Below the pieces are notes generated by a model. That model searched no databases. It was not told the DNA's origin and saw only the letters and a list, made by a program, of their open reading frames with translations. The position numbers and the translations under genes were made by a program. A stretch of 64,000 nucleotides of DNA from Mayamaea pseudoterrestris (taxonomy: Eukaryota): contig BROI01000011.1 of NCBI GenBank assembly GCA_027923505.1, positions 372,001 to 436,000 on the forward strand, read 5' to 3'. This document shows positions 1 to 10,627 of this stretch, piece after piece (within the stretch, counting starts at the first letter, position 1; the number at the start of each line of letters is the position of its first letter).

Positions 1-403
1 AGTCAACGACGCCAGATTGTTTCGATGAGGATGGCCATCATGGTGAAGCGCGAGGATCGCGTGATGACCTCAGCAGAGCTTGGCGCCAAAATTGAAGTTG
101 CACGGATCGCAGCAACGCGGACTTCGCTAGCTGGATGCTTGGCCATGAAACGAGAGTACCTTATTAGCGGACTTATTGATTAGAGAAATCCATTAACATT
201 GCATGGGTGAACACTTTGACGCGAAACTGGGTAAATGCGTCTCAAGAACTGCGCTCCGTCCCTTTGCTTGCGAACGGCGGCAATGCGAACCTTGCATGGC
301 TGTTCGCGTTTCGTCGCCGAGCACATCATAAACACACGACCATTAGCATCATCATCACTTGCATCCAGCCTTTTGTTCCATCAAAGCACTAAATATAAGC
401 AAA

Positions 404-952
404 ATGAACTCGTTACATCAAACACTCAAGTGCAGCTGCGGCAAGGTGCAATTTGCAGTCGACTCTCCGTCGGTGCTTCGTCTCGTTTGCTACTGCAAGG
501 ATTGTCGCGGATACGTCAAGACGCTCAACGACAAGGCTGCCAACGTCACAACTCCGCTCGATGATTGGGGCGGCGCTGACTGGAGTAGCATATACCCAAG
601 CGAAATTACAGTCACTCAGGGCAAGGAGTACCTTGCCGTATGCAAAATTCGAGAGAAGAGTGGCATCCGTCGCGTATATGCAAGTTGCTGCCACACGCCC
701 CTCTTTAGCATTGGAGAGATTAGTTGCCTTCTCAACACGCATCTCATAGAAAACGACAAGAAGGCTGACGTTCGCTTTCGTATCATGGGACGACAGGCTC
801 TCACAGGCCAGGGTAAACGACCACCCATTAGCTGGTCGGTCCCACTCAGCTGGTTTTGGACAATGCCGGGGCGCGTTAATAAGGACAAGATGAAGCCGAC
901 ACCGATTGACATCAACGAGCCAAAGATTCTGGAAGGCTTTACGCAGGGATAA
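404..952 (+). CDS. DUF6151 / GFA (Mss4-like, CENP-V-like) zinc-binding protein
   Basis: Intronless ORF from ATG 404. Motifs LKCSCGKVQF, VCYCKDCRGY, GGADW and RRVYASCCHTPLF fit the GFA/DUF6151 Cys pattern. Confidence 0.8.
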   Translation: MNSLHQTLKCSCGKVQFAVDSPSVLRLVCYCKDCRGYVKTLNDKAANVTTPLDDWGGADWSSIYPSEITVTQGKEYLAVCKIREKSGIRRVYASCCHTPLFSIGEISCLLNTHLIENDKKADVRFRIMGRQALTGQGKRPPISWSVPLSWFWTMPGRVNKDKMKPTPIDINEPKILEGFTQG

Positions 953-1787
953 GTTGGAGACAAGTCACGCAGCAGCTCATTTTATTTTCCCTTATGCACA
1001 TTTGCATAGTTTTTGTCCATTTGGCTATGATGGAACAAAAGCAGCCACTGTTATTATTGCACGCGTGGCCTTTTTAGTCCTGCCGCCATACCATGCATAG
1101 CGCTTTAGTTTTACTGGAACCTTGTCAGTTCGCATAAATAAATGGCCGTTGCCATTGCACAATTACTCGATTGACTTCGGAAAGGCATCGACGAAGCCAA
1201 TTGAGAGTTAGTTTGATGAGTGGAGAATAGTTGTCTCATTTACAGTTAGCTGATAGCATCTACGTAGACCTACTGATGGCTAGCTCCGCTGCGATTGTGA
1301 TAGCGCAAAGAAACTGATGCTAATGAACCGCTTTAATTGCATTGCCAAAGTCGGCAGTTTCTAGCCCAGTTTAGTCCGAGGGTTTATGATTGACAGCAAT
1401 TCAGTCAATACAAAGCATACGTTGGAGTAGCTTGCAACCTTCAATGCACATTATTGGATTCTGCATACCGGAATGCATCCTGTAGTCGTGGTAGGAGAAG
1501 GCAGCAACTGTGACTGAAAAACAAACCAGTAGCTAATCCAGGACTACGTACTATTCCCTACGTGCGGTGAGTACGCTCACCGATTGGTGATCGTCAACGT
1601 GACTTGACTGTGAATCTCACGTTTCCATTGACGAATACAACTATTGCCCTTTAGTTACACGACTCACGTTTCTGGCGCCACGCATTGACATTTTGAAATT
1701 TCGGTTTCTACGGTGTCCTTGCGATTTGTCGAGACAGGCCACAAGTTACTCCACTTGCAAAACCACTTCGAAGCATTTGTCATAGCT

Positions 1788-2672
1788 ATGAACAGCACGA
1801 CAGAAATGGAAAGGTTTGTTACAACCATTTTGGCTCCTAGTAGGCGATGGCTGAGTGAGCGATTAAGCGATGAAAGCTCTCGTCCGACGGACAATGGCAC
1901 TTTCAGTATCCAAGATCAAAATTCATCGCCATCCATGCTTCGCATTTCCGTCGGCGAGAACGAGCGGCACTACCAGTGCGCAAAGGCAGAGGATGGCACA
2001 TTGCGGAATGTGATCCAGTCTCGAACCGAGTCATTAGATTGGACTCATCACTCGTTCGCCAATTTGCGATGGAATCAGAGTATGCATGGTGGATCCTTTG
2101 CATCGCCAGTGTCGATACTGAGTCCTACAGTGACGATGTCCCCTTTCAAAAGCAAAGCCACACTCAAAAGCAAAATGGCTCCTCCTTTTTACCCTCCGCT
2201 CGATGAAATTCTGCTTGATAGCCCCGGATCCTATGGGACAACAAAGGGACAATTTTCGACAAATATTTTTGACTCCTCTGAGCACCACTGTAGTTTTCAG
2301 CGGATTAGCAGCATACCTGTCCCAGTGTCGCTCATTGACGATGAGTCGGAGCATGCTCGATCGCACTCAATAAATATCAAGACACCATACCACGATATGC
2401 TTGTCGGCAAGCTGCAAAACTTTTACAGATCCAACATCGAGGTCAGTCCGGGTATCGAAGCCGATTTGATTGGTGCGCAGGAGACATTGGAGGCATTGGC
2501 GTCCGGCAGAATGGTTAGCTGCGCCTGCATGATTTGCGACGTTTGGCTCTCGTGCATGGATGGGGCTACCATGGTTCTCTGTCCTAGCTGCTATACGATT
2601 TCGCCAATCCATGACTCCAATTCTGACGATCTATTCCTGACTGTCGGGTTGGGGCTGCTTGCTGATAAATGA
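1788..2672 (+). CDS. Hypothetical protein with C-terminal Cys4 zinc-ribbon-like motif
   Basis: Open ORF with a Ser/Pro-rich body. C-terminus CACMICDVWLSC...VLCPSCYTISP...VGLG, a pattern I recall from diatom hypothetical proteins. Confidence 0.65.
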   Translation: MNSTTEMERFVTTILAPSRRWLSERLSDESSRPTDNGTFSIQDQNSSPSMLRISVGENERHYQCAKAEDGTLRNVIQSRTESLDWTHHSFANLRWNQSMHGGSFASPVSILSPTVTMSPFKSKATLKSKMAPPFYPPLDEILLDSPGSYGTTKGQFSTNIFDSSEHHCSFQRISSIPVPVSLIDDESEHARSHSINIKTPYHDMLVGKLQNFYRSNIEVSPGIEADLIGAQETLEALASGRMVSCACMICDVWLSCMDGATMVLCPSCYTISPIHDSNSDDLFLTVGLGLLADK

Positions 2673-3102
2673 ACCAGTGTACTCGGGCATTTAAGCTTCT
2701 TGCCAAACCATTGCTGCCTTCCTGTTTGGCTGCATGTTAAGACAAATTAAAGTCAAACTAAAGCAGAGATTTTATCACAGCAGTAATTCATGTCACGTAG
2801 CAAATGTTTCACCGTGTGTTCCGGTCCCATCGGTGAAAGCTGCCGGTGAATGTTGTAGAGTAGGCGTGGAGGTGTAGCTCAGCGAATGACCGTGCGGGAA
2901 ACACTCCAAACGAATTTGAACCGCGGCGCTCCTCAGTCGTCAGCAAGAAACGAGGCTTGACAAAATTGGTACATGGATACTTTAAAGACATTGTCGTCAT
3001 GGCGTCCAAGTCGTTCATTGCGTTTGCGTAAAAGGAAAACCAGGGACTCCGACGACCGAGGCGTTGAAGAAATGGCAATCGATGATCGATCAACCGTAAA
3101 CA

Positions 3103-4338
3103 TCATAGCAACACTTCCTCCCGAGACTCGCTGGCATGTTTAAGCAACTCCAGGATGCCAGAGTTTGGCGAGTAGTATTCGGACGGATATTTCGGCACTG
3201 AATCGTCCCACACTGCCTTGGTCGTATCATCGTCGGTCGCGCGCCAGTCTTCGTTCTCTCGTTGCAACGCTCGCACAGCTTTTGACGAAGGAACCAGCAT
3301 GCACAAACGCTCCACGCCGCTGTCGTACACGGGCGAAAACCCATGCGCGCGCAGCAACTCCACAGCCGCCTTAGCATTTTCAAGCTGCGACAGTTGGTGC
3401 AACGTTTCCGTCGGTAGTCCGACGCGATGCGCCGACTCGCTGTTGGCCGCTCGAATGCCGGCTCCCACTAAATGCCGCCGCGTGCCGTCGTTGCTCATGG
3501 CCATGACTAATGGTGGCATGACGCTGACACTCGCAAAACCAAGTTTGCACCAACCAACGCCACCTCCCCAGTCGCGATCAATCTGCGTGACCATGTCGTC
3601 CGGCTCCTGCTCGCGCACAAACGCTGTAATGAGCTTGGTCAAACCTCCCACGACGGTTGTTTCTCGCTGGGTGCAGAACCGGAGCAGCTCGTGCGACTGG
3701 AAAAGCACGTGTTGGCGTAAGATGGTGCGACTGGATGAAAAGGAAGCGGCAGCCACGAGCTCTTCCTCCGTCTTGTCACTTTCCGTAGATACAACAAAGA
3801 GTCCGTAAATATACTTGGCCTTTGTTGCGCCCCAAAGGTGATGTTTCAAAAAGAAGGCTCGAGCAACGTCGTTGGTGATGCGCTTGACAGTAGTTTTGCG
3901 CGCGTAGATGCGCCTCGTTTCCATCCCCGTCTTGACGCGCAGCCGACTCTGCACAATTTCAGTCTGCTGCTGCCAAACGTCTTGGTGCAAGTGGACAATG
4001 TCGAGTGATGATGATGATGATGATGATGTCAATGTCGCAGCATCCGTCATGTGTTTGCAAAGTGACGGCGACATTGGCTTGTAATCATTGTCGTCGCTGC
4101 AAGGCATTGGCGATGGAATGACATGGAGTAGAAACTGACGAGAGTTTCCAACCTCTAGCACATTATACCGGCCAAGAGGAAACTCGTTGGAAAGTTTCCA
4201 TGTAATTGACTGCTGATCCAACCAGCTTGTCACCGTTGTCCCAAACGGAAGTGCAGTGGCCGACTGGTAGACGGAACGAACCGATAGTGCGAAACTTGTC
4301 GAGACGAGACGAAACAACAAGACTCGTTTGAACAGCAT
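3103..4338 (-). CDS. Bacterial/phage-type protein: degenerate Vsr/DUF559-like segment followed by GNAT-like domain; possible signal/plastid-targeting N-terminus
   Basis: 411-aa intronless ORF. Motifs IVHLHQDVW..IVQSRL, RIYARKT, FFLKHHLWG, YIYGLF, ELVAAASFS, HELLRFC, VVGGLTKL, PDDMVTQIDRDW and KLGF. Hydrophobic N-terminus ending TSFA-LS. Confidence 0.7.
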   Translation of the reverse strand: MLFKRVLLFRLVSTSFALSVRSVYQSATALPFGTTVTSWLDQQSITWKLSNEFPLGRYNVLEVGNSRQFLLHVIPSPMPCSDDNDYKPMSPSLCKHMTDAATLTSSSSSSSLDIVHLHQDVWQQQTEIVQSRLRVKTGMETRRIYARKTTVKRITNDVARAFFLKHHLWGATKAKYIYGLFVVSTESDKTEEELVAAASFSSSRTILRQHVLFQSHELLRFCTQRETTVVGGLTKLITAFVREQEPDDMVTQIDRDWGGGVGWCKLGFASVSVMPPLVMAMSNDGTRRHLVGAGIRAANSESAHRVGLPTETLHQLSQLENAKAAVELLRAHGFSPVYDSGVERLCMLVPSSKAVRALQRENEDWRATDDDTTKAVWDDSVPKYPSEYYSPNSGILELLKHASESREEVLL

Positions 4339-4599
4339 GTTTCAGCAATCAGCTGGTCCTGTACTCGATCTATGGAAAGTAAAGTGTTGCCATGATGGCA
4401 GCTTTCGTCAACTTTGTGACATGCCAAATCGAATGGCGAGAAGGTTAAACAAGGGGACCTTACGGTCCGTGGCACTGACCCCCCCCCTCTCCGGGGGCGG
4501 GGGCCGGGAAGTCGCGAGCGGGCAATAGAACTCGACAAAACATGGTACAATATCGTAACTTGTCTGACTTGTCTGTCTTGTCTGGTGTGGAGCATACAA

Positions 4600-6606
4600 A
4601 ACAGACTGGGCTTGGCTTGATGGCACACTTGGTGGCATGCTGCTGAAGTGAGTGCTGAAGACAGTCCCAGACTTGGAGCCACAAAGGATGGCAGGCTTGA
4701 TGCTGCACTGGGAAGGAGACTACTGTAGGTCCTATGCCAGGTGACACACTGGGCTTGGCACTTGGGTCACTAGATGGCCAACTTGGTGGCATGCTGCTGA
4801 ACTGAGTGCTGGGGACAGACTTGGAGCCACAAAGGATGGCAGCCTTGATGCTGCACTGAAGGAGACTGGGTCCTGCGCTAGGTGACGCACTGGGCTTGGC
4901 GCTTGGTTCACTTGATGGCACACTTAATGGCAAGCTGCAGGGCTGAGTGCTAACATCAAACTGGGAGCGGTAGAGGAGGACGAACTTGATGCGACACCGG
5001 GAAGGAGACTGGGTCCTGCGCTAGGTGACGCACTGGGCTTGGTGCTTGGGTCACTTGATGGCACTCTTAATGGGAAGCTGCTAGGTTGAGTACTGGGAGA
5101 CAACCACAAAGGTGTGGTGGTTTATGCTCCAGGTGTCTTTGATGACAAGTTGGCTTTCCAGGAGATTGGTTCCATCACTAGGTGACACACTGGGCTTGGC
5201 ACTTGGGTTGCTCAATGGCCCACTTGATGGCAAGCTGCTATAGTGAGAGTGCTGGAATCAAACTGGGAGCCAGAGGAGGACAAACTTGATGCGGCACTGG
5301 GAAGGAGACTGGGTCCTGCGCTAGGTGACGCACTGGGCTTGGCACTTGGGTCACTTGATGGCACACCTAATGGCACACCTGATGGCACACTTGATGGCAA
5401 GCTGCAGGGGTGAGTGCTAACTGACGCACTGGGCTTGGCGCTTGGGTCACTTAATGGCACACTTATTGGTAAGCTGCTAGGTTGAGTGATGGGAGACAAT
5501 CACAAAGGTGTGGTGGTTGATGCTCCCGCTGTCCTTGATGACAAGTTGGCTTTCCAGGAGACTGGTTCCAGCACTAGGTGACGCACTGGCTTGGCACTTG
5601 GGTTGCTCAATGGCCGCTTGATGGCAAGCTGCTATAGTGAGAGTGCTGGAATCAAACTGGGAACCACAGAGGAGGACAAACTTGATGCGGCACTGGGAAG
5701 GAGACTGGGTCCTGCACTAGGTGACACACTGGGCTTGGCGCTTGGGTCACTTAATGACACACTTATTGGCAAGCTGCTAGGTTGAGTGCTGGGAGACAAC
5801 CACAAAGGTGTGGTGTTTGATGCTCCTGCTGTCCTTGATGACAAGTTAGCTTTCCAGGAGACTGGTTCTAGCACTAGTTGACACACTGGGCTTGGCACTT
5901 GGGTTGCTCAATGGCCCACTTGATGGCAAGCTGCTATAGTGAGAGTGCTGGAATCAAACTGGGAGCCACAGAGGAAGACAAACTTGATGCGGCACTTGGA
6001 AGGAGACTGGGTCCTGCGCTAGGTGACGCACTGGGCTTGGCGCTTGGGTCACTTAATGGCACACTTATTGGCAAGCTGCTAGGTTGAGTGATGGGAGACA
6101 ATCACAAAGGTGTGGTGGTTGATGCTCCCGCTGTCCTTGATGACAAGTTGGCTTTCCATGAGACTGGTTCCAGCACTAGGTGACGCACTGGCTTGGCACT
6201 TGGGTTGCTCAATGGCCGCTTGATGGCAAGCTGCTATAGTGAGAGTGCTGGAATCAAACTGGGAACCACAGAGGAGGACAAACTTGATGCGGCACTGGGA
6301 AGGAGACTACTGTAGGTCCTATGCCAGGTGACACACTGGGCTTGGTGCTTGGGTCACTTGGTGGCACACTTAATGGCATACTTGATGGCAAGCTGCAGGG
6401 GTGAGTGCTAAGTCAAACTGGGAGCCACAAAGGAGGACAAACTTGATGCGGCACTGGGAAGGAGACTGGGTCCTGCGCTAGGTGACGCACTGGGCTTGGC
6501 GCTTGGGTCACTTGATGGCACACTTAATGGCAAGCTGCTAGGTTGAGTGCTGGGAGACAACCACAAAGGTGTGGTGGCAGACGCTCCAGCTGTCCTTGGT
6601 GACAAG
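4600..6606 (-). repeat. Degenerate ~300-bp tandem array encoding PSxxPS Ser/Pro-rich repeats (pseudogenised)
   Basis: gagagtgctggaatcaaactggga recurs at about 5244, 5641, 5941 and 6241. The minus strand reads SVPSSDPSAKPSASPSAGPSLLPSAASSLSS in many short ORFs broken by stops and frameshifts. Confidence 0.9.
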
Positions 6607-6647
6607 CTATCCAGAAGACTATTCCTATGTAATCTTATAAAAACTCC

Positions 6648-6976
6648 ATTATATACCTCAATCTGTGGACATCTGATGAAGGCAGCATGGTAAAAAATTG
6701 ATGCTGTAACTTTTACAGCATATTGTTATCTTCATCCTTATTCAAACCGCTTTCTAATTGTCTTTATGTAGTTGCCATCCGACCAATTTCAGGCTGTATT
6801 TGGCTGTCTGATTATATACCTCAATCTGTGGACATCTGATGAAGGCAGCATGGTCAAAAATTGATGCTGTAACTTTTACAGCATATTGTTATCTTCATCC
6901 TTATTCAAACCGCTTTCTAATTGTCTTTATGTAGTTGCCATCCGACCAATTTCAGGCTGTATTTGGCTGTCTGATT
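6648..6976. repeat. Near-perfect 163-bp tandem duplication
   Basis: attatatacctcaatctgtggacatctg...tttggctgtctg at 6648-6810 is repeated at 6811-6973. Confidence 0.95.
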
Positions 6977-7194
6977 GATTGTGTAAAAGTGGTTCATTGA
7001 TGATTGACTAACTTGGCGGATGCAATGACCAAAGAATTCTTATTGACATTTAGCATTCGGAGCGCTTCGTCCTGTTGAAGTTCCATTGTCGTAGTTTAGA
7101 AGCGTCATCGACGGACACACGGACACGAGAAACTTTCTATTCACTGGACCCTAGGGGTCAGTGATATCGCACTGCAATTGTGGAAGGCGCGCCG

Positions 7195-8474
7195 GCGCTT
7201 CGTGAGTACCGGTAGGTCATGGATGCCGTTCGAAACCAACTTGTCCCGCGATTGTGCTATTGCGGAGGTATGTCAAGGCCCTTTACAGCAGATCTACGGT
7301 AGTTAGTAAGTAGAAATCTTAAAACCACTTATTTCAATTATTTACATCATGTAAAGCTCACCCGTTTTAGTTCAATGCCAAGAAAGTTTTTTGTCGCTAA
7401 ATGAACAATATAGGGCTTCGAGCGTTACCAACATGTGCATATCTACCTCATCTGGTCGACCCTTCAGTCCTCCGTCAGAGTTAGGGACATTAAACTTTGA
7501 AAGTCCACTTACAATGCACGACAGCATCTTGATATACTCGTAGAATACCTGGGGAGTGATGGTTGTTTTGTTCTTAAACTTCTTCATGACCGTCACGAAA
7601 TCCTCACTTTCCAAAGATGACTCTAGTTCCGTAGAGACAAAGTTCAAAGCATCTTCAAACTTCTTTCCTTCAGACTTGACACGCTCGAAAACGTCGATTT
7701 GCTTCTGGATGTAGGCGTCTCTCTCTGCATGCTGATCCTTGCGCAGAGCTACGGAACTCTCGGAATCGGCATGAAGCGTCAGACTTTCGGTGTAAGCTGT
7801 GTAGACGACCTCCCAAAAACCATGGTGCAACTGGTCCAACTTGTCGGCAAGGGTATCAATTTCTGCCAAAAGGTCGTCCACGCTGGCCAAGTCCGCCTCC
7901 GTCCCCGATTGTGCCTGCTTTGCCACTTTTGTTGCGAAGATCCGGATTCGGACTCTTTGGATCCTCGTCGCGACCTCTGAGAATTTGTAAGGTATTTTAT
8001 ACCAATCTACCTGGCTCACCTTTTGAGAAAACGAAAAAGTCGAATCCTGGAGGGAAAGCTCCGTCTCTTGCTTGTTGTCGTCTTCCTGCTCCTTCGTACC
8101 ATCCTGTTCGTTCTTATTAGTAGCTTCAGACGAAAAAGTCGAGCCTTGGTCACTCGCGGACTCGCTGGACTTGCTGGAACCTGCAGTTGCGGCGTTCGGC
8201 AAAGTAGAGTCTTCGTCACTCGCGCCTGTGACAGTTAGACTCTTGGGGTTGTTACTCGAGGCTGCAGATGCAGCGTTGGGTGGATTCACCATGGTTCCTC
8301 AACTCAATGACCCAGATCTTCCGCAGCAAAATGAGGAGCCGAATTCTGTTTGCTCTGCCGTGACTGAAAGGTGACGCGCTTCATGAGTACCGGTACGTCG
8401 TGAATTTGCTCTGTCGTGAAAGGTGACGCGCTTCTTGAGTACCGGTAGGTCATGAATGCCGTTTAAAACCAACT
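7195..8474. repeat. 47-bp direct repeats (7195-7241, 8428-8474) flanking the 306-aa ORF, plus a tandem partial copy at 8349-8404
   Basis: gcgcttcgtgagtaccggtaggtcatggatgccgttcgaaaccaact versus gcgcttcttgagtaccggtaggtcatgaatgccgtttaaaaccaact, 43/47 identical. Confidence 0.85.
7372..8292 (-). CDS. Hypothetical protein (low-complexity N-terminus, helical/coiled-coil C-terminal part)
   Basis: 306-aa intronless ORF with ATG start and protein-like composition. No family recognised. Confidence 0.65.
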   Translation of the reverse strand: MVNPPNAASAASSNNPKSLTVTGASDEDSTLPNAATAGSSKSSESASDQGSTFSSEATNKNEQDGTKEQEDDNKQETELSLQDSTFSFSQKVSQVDWYKIPYKFSEVATRIQRVRIRIFATKVAKQAQSGTEADLASVDDLLAEIDTLADKLDQLHHGFWEVVYTAYTESLTLHADSESSVALRKDQHAERDAYIQKQIDVFERVKSEGKKFEDALNFVSTELESSLESEDFVTVMKKFKNKTTITPQVFYEYIKMLSCIVSGLSKFNVPNSDGGLKGRPDEVDMHMLVTLEALYCSFSDKKLSWH

Positions 8475-8667
8475 CCCCGCCCGTTCATTCTCCCAACGCG
8501 CATCTCCTCGGCTGTCGCTGCTTGTTCCTTCGTCGAGCAAAGTGATGCCTCCCCTTGACGACGTACATTCAATTATTCTCGCTCGCTAACTCGAACGACA
8601 AGCTCAATCTGCACTCGTAATACGAGCAATTTACTGCGCCAGTTTGATTGCAAATTATATATATATC

Positions 8668-10152
8668 ATGTCACCCGCTGTAACAGCACCACCAGCCTCC
8701 GGCAACGCGCAACAGAAATACATGCGCGGCTACGCCGCACTAGCGCAGCTCGGCCAACGAAAATATACCTTTCGAATACTGCTACCCTTTCTGCTGCTCA
8801 TTGCCTATGTATTTACGGAATCGTTGCTCCGCGTGAACATGGTCATGACGCAGCAAGACTTGGAGTCGCGGCGAACGTTTGGAGGCGAAATGCTGAGTTT
8901 GACAGAAATGATTACGCCGTACAAGGTTCCCATGCATACTTGTCGCGCCGGGGACCAAATTTTGCAAATGCCGGAAAAAGTTCCGGGCTTTTTGATTGTA
9001 AGTATATAGAAGGAGACGGCGAGACGAGTGCATTTTTCAAGCGGCAGAGTGACTTTATACTCACGTTGCGTCATGATTCTTTCAGGTCGGCGCCCAAAAA
9101 GGCGGCACGACTGCATTGTTTACATTACTTAATTCTCAAAAGGACGCCATGGGCTCGGAAGTTCCTGAAACTCATTTCTTTAATCATTACATTCATCAAA
9201 CTGTACGTCAATATTCGATTCGAGGGCGGAGCATTTTTGGACTGTCTCTGACGTGACATCCTTCTTTTATACCCAGCCTCCCGGCAAAAAGTCGCTCTCT
9301 CGAATAACAGACGACGACGTTTGCCTGCTACGAAATCATTACGTCAAAAAGTATTTTCATATTCAGCAATATCTTAATATGACTCGATCAGGCAAGCACA
9401 TTGTCGTCTTTGAAAAGACACCAGCATATCTCCGTACTCCTGGCGTTGCGGCCAAAATTCATCGCATCCTTGGTCCAGACTTGAAACTATTGGTGGTGCT
9501 GCGTGATCCCATTGATCGCGCCTTTTCCTACTACAGCATGATCCAGGAGCACGACGACCGGCAGTTTTGCTTTGGCCAAAGCAAGGCCAACTTGACGTTT
9601 GACCAGCTCGTGACGCGCGAGATTGAGCAACTGCAGCAGCTGGGCATTTCACGCGCACCGCCCATGAAAACGTACTCGGTCCGACGAAAGCTGGACCACT
9701 TGTTCGTGCCGCGCAACATGACGCAACGCTTGCAGTATCGCATGGAAAACAAGATTCGACAGAGCGCGCGCATTGGTTCCACACGACTGTGCGGCTTGTA
9801 CTGGAACTCACTATATATGGGTATGTACGCCATGCAACTAAAGGAGTGGATACAGTACTATCCGCTGGGAACGCATTTGAAGGTGATTCGAAGCGAAGCG
9901 TTGAAGGAGGATATGAAGCGAGTGTATGGAGAAGTGCTTGACTTTATCGGATTGTCCGCGGCCGAGATTGACGAGCAAGCGTTGAACCAAGACTTGAGTC
10001 CACAAAGTATGGGTTTGTTCAACTCGACCAAGCAAGAGATTAGCCCCGCCACGGAGCGTACCATCAAGTACCTTCGTAAATTTTACAAGCCGTACAACGA
10101 CGAGCTGGCTACCATGCTGGGCGAGGATTGGCGGAATGTCTGGGACAGGTAA
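8668..10152 (+). CDS. Type II membrane sulfotransferase (Sulfotransfer_1; heparan-sulfate 3-O-sulfotransferase-like fold), 3 exons
   Basis: N-terminal TM (ILLPFLLLIAYVF). Splicing introns 8998-9085 and 9203-9276 rebuilds the 5'-PSB motif FLI|VGAQKGGTTAL and PETHFF. Downstream FEKTPAY, LRDPIDRAFSYY (3'-PB) and LRKFYKPYNDEL. Confidence 0.85.
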
Positions 10153-10627
10153 CGATTGCACCATGCTGCTATAGAAACGAAACTGGCTGTTCACAGTCTA
10201 CAAGTCGAAGCAAATTTGCTAGTAGGAGTTCAGCTATCGAAACTCCCATCATCCAAGTGCTTGGTAACGCGACAGTGGGTAGCGGACACGCACGACTGAT
10301 TTGCTATTGCCCTCCATGAAAATGTCTCCTACCGCTCGGAACCCTTCGTGTCAACGGGAATGTCATAATCGAATGTTTATCGAAGTCATTGCATAAGGTC
10401 ATTTGATATTTAGGCTTATCTAGACGCTAGCTCGATGCGAAGTACGATGACTTTCCAATCATGCATGAAGCTTCACAAAGTTCATCCATTGATCCCACTT
10501 TACAATCGTCACAAGTCACAACCCAAGACATCGCCTTCGTCGAATCCATCAAACAAGCGTGAGACGAGGATCAACAACGTGAGGCAGTGACTGGATACAT
10601 CAGACGTCTGCAGCTTACTTATAAGCC

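Larger units (their letters stand above)
4473..7163. mobile_element. Putative non-autonomous TIR element (CACTG termini) enclosing a decayed tandem array
   Basis: CACTGACCCC at 4473-4482 and its reverse complement GGGGTCAGTG at 7154-7163 bracket a CpG-poor, repeat-filled block. No target-site duplication and no transposase seen. Confidence 0.35.

Noticed and set aside
1239..1615. Short motifs ttacagttag / tgactgtga as specific regulatory sites
   Set aside because: Similar motifs recur in intergenic DNA (e.g. ctaacagtaa near 17027), but a function cannot be supported from this window alone.
4006..4028. (TGA)n microsatellite
   Set aside because: It encodes the poly-Ser run inside the 411-aa protein and is not an independent feature.
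4600..6606. CRISPR-like array
   Set aside because: Units are contiguous ~300-bp degenerate coding repeats without unique spacers, there are no cas genes, and the context is eukaryotic.
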